Part shown: positions 61,220-64,000 of the stretch, one piece after another | How the letters are laid out: each line of letters begins with the position of its first letter | Position numbering within the stretch: position 1 is the first letter of the stretch | Source of the DNA: Planctomycetota bacterium | GTDB lineage: Bacteria > Planctomycetota > UBA8108 > SXIK01 | Direction of reading: 5' to 3' | DNA length: 64,000 bases | Assembly (NCBI GenBank): GCA_965223265.1 | Contig: OZ244999.1 | Location: 8,320,001 to 8,384,000 of the forward strand | Translations under genes and position numbers: made by a program | The notes under the pieces: generated by a model | The model's database searches: none | What the model was told of the DNA's origin: nothing | What the model saw: only the letters and a program-made list of their open reading frames with translations

Positions 61220-63043
61220 TCATGCGTCGAGACAACTTGAGAGAAGGCACTTCATGTCGTCGTCGGTGGTGTCGGTGGCGCACTCGAGCGGCGGTGACGG
61301 CACGAAAATCGTGAAGAGCGCGTTGAGCACGTGGATCGCGTCGCTGACGTCGATGTCGCCGTCGTCATTGGAGTCTGTCGCATCGCGGCAGACCGGCTCG
61401 ATGCTCAGATCAACGAACAGAAACTCGAGCGTAAATAGTGCGTCTGAGACGTCGACGTCGCCATCGTGGTTGCTGTCGCCGCGCAAGATTGGTGGACCGA
61501 CGAAGCTGACGCTGACGTCGACGAACATCGCCGACGATCGCTCGCCATCGCTCACGGTGACGCGGAAGCGGTACTCGCCTTCGTCAGTGAAGAGAATCGA
61601 CGTCGACGCGGCGGTGGGCTCCACAATCGTGTGGCCGCCTGGGCCGCGCACTCTCGACCATTCGAAACTCAAAGGCGCGCTGCCGTCATCCCCATCCGTG
61701 GAGGCGCTGGCATCGAGGATCACCTCAGCCGGTTCAGCTGTGATCGCGACCTCGGCTGGGTCCGGTGTGGTGACGACGCTGGGGACCGGCTCCCGATTGA
61801 TTTCACTGAGGGGGATGACTCGATAGAGTCGCCCGCCCAAGCTGCCGATGTAGACCTCTCCGCGGGCGTCCTGCCCGAAGCACGAGACGCTACTGATGTT
61901 GCCGTCGATTCCATCGTTCATGGCGTTCGTCCGGTCGACGACGTCTGCCACCGGCGCGTTGGGCGCGTCGGGATCGAACTCATAGTTGAACGTCGCGACC
62001 CAGCTGTTGCAGAAGTCTGCAAAGAAGTACGCTCCGTGCAGGTCGGGAATGCGACAGCCGCGGTAGACGACGCCACCGGTCACCGAGCAGCCCTGAATGC
62101 GGCCACTACCGTGCGGGTAATCAAAAATCGGGTCGACGAACGGTCCGAGAGCGTCATGCCGCGACGGACTGCAGTTACTGACGCTGCTTGGCTCAATGCC
62201 CTCCCGGGTTCGCCATCCGTAGTTCTCGCCACCGACGCTCGACCCTGGCGCGTAGCTGATCTCCTCACGGCGATTCTGCCCAACGTCGCCGATAAAGAGT
62301 TCGCTTGTCTCAGAATCAAAGCTGAATCGCCACGGGTTGCGTAGGCCCGAAGCCCAAATCTCCGGCAGGATTCCTTCGACCCCAACGAACGGGTTGTCCT
62401 CCGGAATGGCGTAGACCGGTTCGGCGTCGGGATTGAGATTGCTGACGTCGAGGCGAAGCATCTTGCCTAAGAGCGACAAAGGATTCTGTGCCAAGTCGGG
62501 AGGATCGCAGCCGCTGCCGCCGTCGCCCATGCCGACGTAGAGGAAACCATCGCTGGGTCGGAACGCGATCTGACCGCCATTGTGGTTGCCCGCGACTTGA
62601 TTGACCTCGAGGAGGATTAGCTCGGATTCTGGATCGGCGACGTCTGGGTCGTCGGTGACTTCGAATCGCGACACGATCGTGTTGTCCGAGTTCTTCTGCG
62701 TGTAATTGACGAAGAAGAACCCGTTGTCGGCGAAATTGCGATCAAACGCGAGCCCCAGCAGTCCCTGCTCGCCGCCGAATTCGACCAAACCGGAGATTGC
62801 AAGCAAAGGGGTCTCGTCCACTTGGTTGGTGGAAAGGCGGAGAATCCGGATGTCGCCGCGCTGTTCGACGACGAAGAGGCGCTCGAAGTCACCGGGGATC
62901 GATTGTATATCGACCGGGCTGCGCAGCGCCGAGGAGACCAGCTGGAGCGTGATTTCGTCTCCTGCTACCTGCGAACAATCCTGGCCGCAGATTTGCGCGG
63001 AGATCGTGAGGGTCAGTAGGAGAGCGCGGGTTAACTGAGGCAT
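61220..63043 (-). CDS. Secreted GSDH/PQQ-dependent sugar dehydrogenase-like protein with PKD-like and dockerin-like domains
   Basis: EQGLLGLAF, NHNGG, GDGG, GLRNPWRFSFD, GDVGQ, ENYGW, then LDAS.S.D and RGDSNHDG. Start at MPQLTRA. Confidence 0.9.
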   Translation of the reverse strand: MPQLTRALLLTLTISAQICGQDCSQVAGDEITLQLVSSALRSPVDIQSIPGDFERLFVVEQRGDIRILRLSTNQVDETPLLAISGLVEFGGEQGLLGLAFDRNFADNGFFFVNYTQKNSDNTIVSRFEVTDDPDVADPESELILLEVNQVAGNHNGGQIAFRPSDGFLYVGMGDGGSGCDPPDLAQNPLSLLGKMLRLDVSNLNPDAEPVYAIPEDNPFVGVEGILPEIWASGLRNPWRFSFDSETSELFIGDVGQNRREEISYAPGSSVGGENYGWRTREGIEPSSVSNCSPSRHDALGPFVDPIFDYPHGSGRIQGCSVTGGVVYRGCRIPDLHGAYFFADFCNSWVATFNYEFDPDAPNAPVADVVDRTNAMNDGIDGNISSVSCFGQDARGEVYIGSLGGRLYRVIPLSEINREPVPSVVTTPDPAEVAITAEPAEVILDASASTDGDDGSAPLSFEWSRVRGPGGHTIVEPTAASTSILFTDEGEYRFRVTVSDGERSSAMFVDVSVSFVGPPILRGDSNHDGDVDVSDALFTLEFLFVDLSIEPVCRDATDSNDDGDIDVSDAIHVLNALFTIFVPSPPLECATDTTDDDMKCLLSSCLDA

Positions 63044-63071
63044 GACTCTCCAACTAGTAACGGATGGATGT

Positions 63072-63998
63072 TCACTCGTCAACGAGCGGACAGTTCGAAA
63101 CTTCGCATCCGAAAGCGTCCGCTGACGAATCCGGTCCACAAACGTTCGGCGGTGGGATGGGCGCGCCGCTCGTGAACAAGAAGTTGAGCGTGAAGATCGC
63201 ATCGGAAATGTCCTGTCCGCCGTCATCGTTGGAGTCGAGCGCATCGCGGCACCGGTTGCTCTCTAACGCGCCGCCGAAGAGATCCTGAAGGGTAAAGATT
63301 CCGTCAGAGATATCGATGCTACCATCAGAGTTAGCGTCGCCCCGAACGAAACTGCCTGCAGCCACCACCCTAAGGAGGATCTCGACCGTGCGAGAGGTGT
63401 TGCCGTCATCCACCGTCAGCCGGTAGCGATAGGTGCCAGGCACAGTGACTTCTATGCTGGTGCTTGGGGCGTCTGGATCGTCGACGGCGCCGCCCTCGGG
63501 GCCCGACTCTTTCTGCCACGAAAAAGAGAGAGGGGACGTTCCGTCATCGCCGTCCGTGGAACCACTAGCGTCGAGTGTGACGCTGACAGATTCTCCCGAC
63601 AGCTCGACCACCGGGCCAGGATCCAGAGTCAGCACGACGTGTGGGGGTTGGTCCTCATCTTGACGCGGAGCGATCCGCATGATCAGTCCCGACCCGTGGG
63701 TCGCGATGTACATCTCTCCTGCCCCATCGGTGCCAAACGTAGAGATCGAATCGACGCCGACATTCACACCTTCGAGGAGATTGCTCGTGCGATCGATCAC
63801 TTCGGATACCGGATTCGGCTGCCCAGCGCCGTTTGCCGCGTAGCGGAAACTGGCGATCCAGTTGTCGCAGAAGTCTGCGAAGAAATAACTGCCGACCAGA
63901 TCCGGCATGCGGCAGCCCCGATAGACGACGCCACCGGTGACCGAGCAGCCGTTGAGCAGCCCATTCGATCGACCGTAGACGTAGATTGGCTCACGAAG
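63072..63998 (-). CDS. Paralogous GSDH-PKD-dockerin protein, 5'-partial
   Basis: GCSVTGGVVYRGCRMPDL, FFADFC, RGDANSDG. The frame is open to the window edge. Confidence 0.88.
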   Translation of the reverse strand, partial: LREPIYVYGRSNGLLNGCSVTGGVVYRGCRMPDLVGSYFFADFCDNWIASFRYAANGAGQPNPVSEVIDRTSNLLEGVNVGVDSISTFGTDGAGEMYIATHGSGLIMRIAPRQDEDQPPHVVLTLDPGPVVELSGESVSVTLDASGSTDGDDGTSPLSFSWQKESGPEGGAVDDPDAPSTSIEVTVPGTYRYRLTVDDGNTSRTVEILLRVVAAGSFVRGDANSDGSIDISDGIFTLQDLFGGALESNRCRDALDSNDDGGQDISDAIFTLNFLFTSGAPIPPPNVCGPDSSADAFGCEVSNCPLVDE

Positions 63999-64000
63999 CT

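Overview
GC-rich (roughly 60-65% by eye) bacterial chromosomal window. Planctomycetota-like origin is inferred from dockerin-tipped secreted proteins, a PQQ-propeller/methyltransferase protein, DUF1080 and a sulfatase. Most of it is mixed housekeeping and metabolic genes (thyA-folA, mutM, trpBA, fba, ilvD, galM, cinA, SNF2 helicase and others). No rRNA, tRNA or CRISPR array was found. The unusual content is a layered set of small mobile or repeat elements. (1) Two convergent 107-aa four-helix-bundle (23S-IVP/bAvd-like) genes at 50.8-51.9 kb, about 50% identical. Each has a far better conserved nested-hairpin leader, a microsatellite array upstream, and a 3' hairpin plus degenerate hexamer tract, which suggests an undescribed repeat-associated cassette. 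(2) A 210-bp MITE present twice, both times inside GAGACA-type microsatellites. (3) A complete IS5/IS1182-like IS plus three non-autonomous derivatives, mostly inserted at stop codons. (4) A 4065-bp five-gene TG...CA transposon (DDE transposase, ExeA/TnsC-like ATPase, Zn-ribbon protein, stand-alone CHC2 zinc finger, small ORF) that splits an RbsD/FucU gene with a 6-bp duplication. (5) A further hairpin MITE at 46.3 kb. All calls come from motif recognition by eye; no database searches were run.
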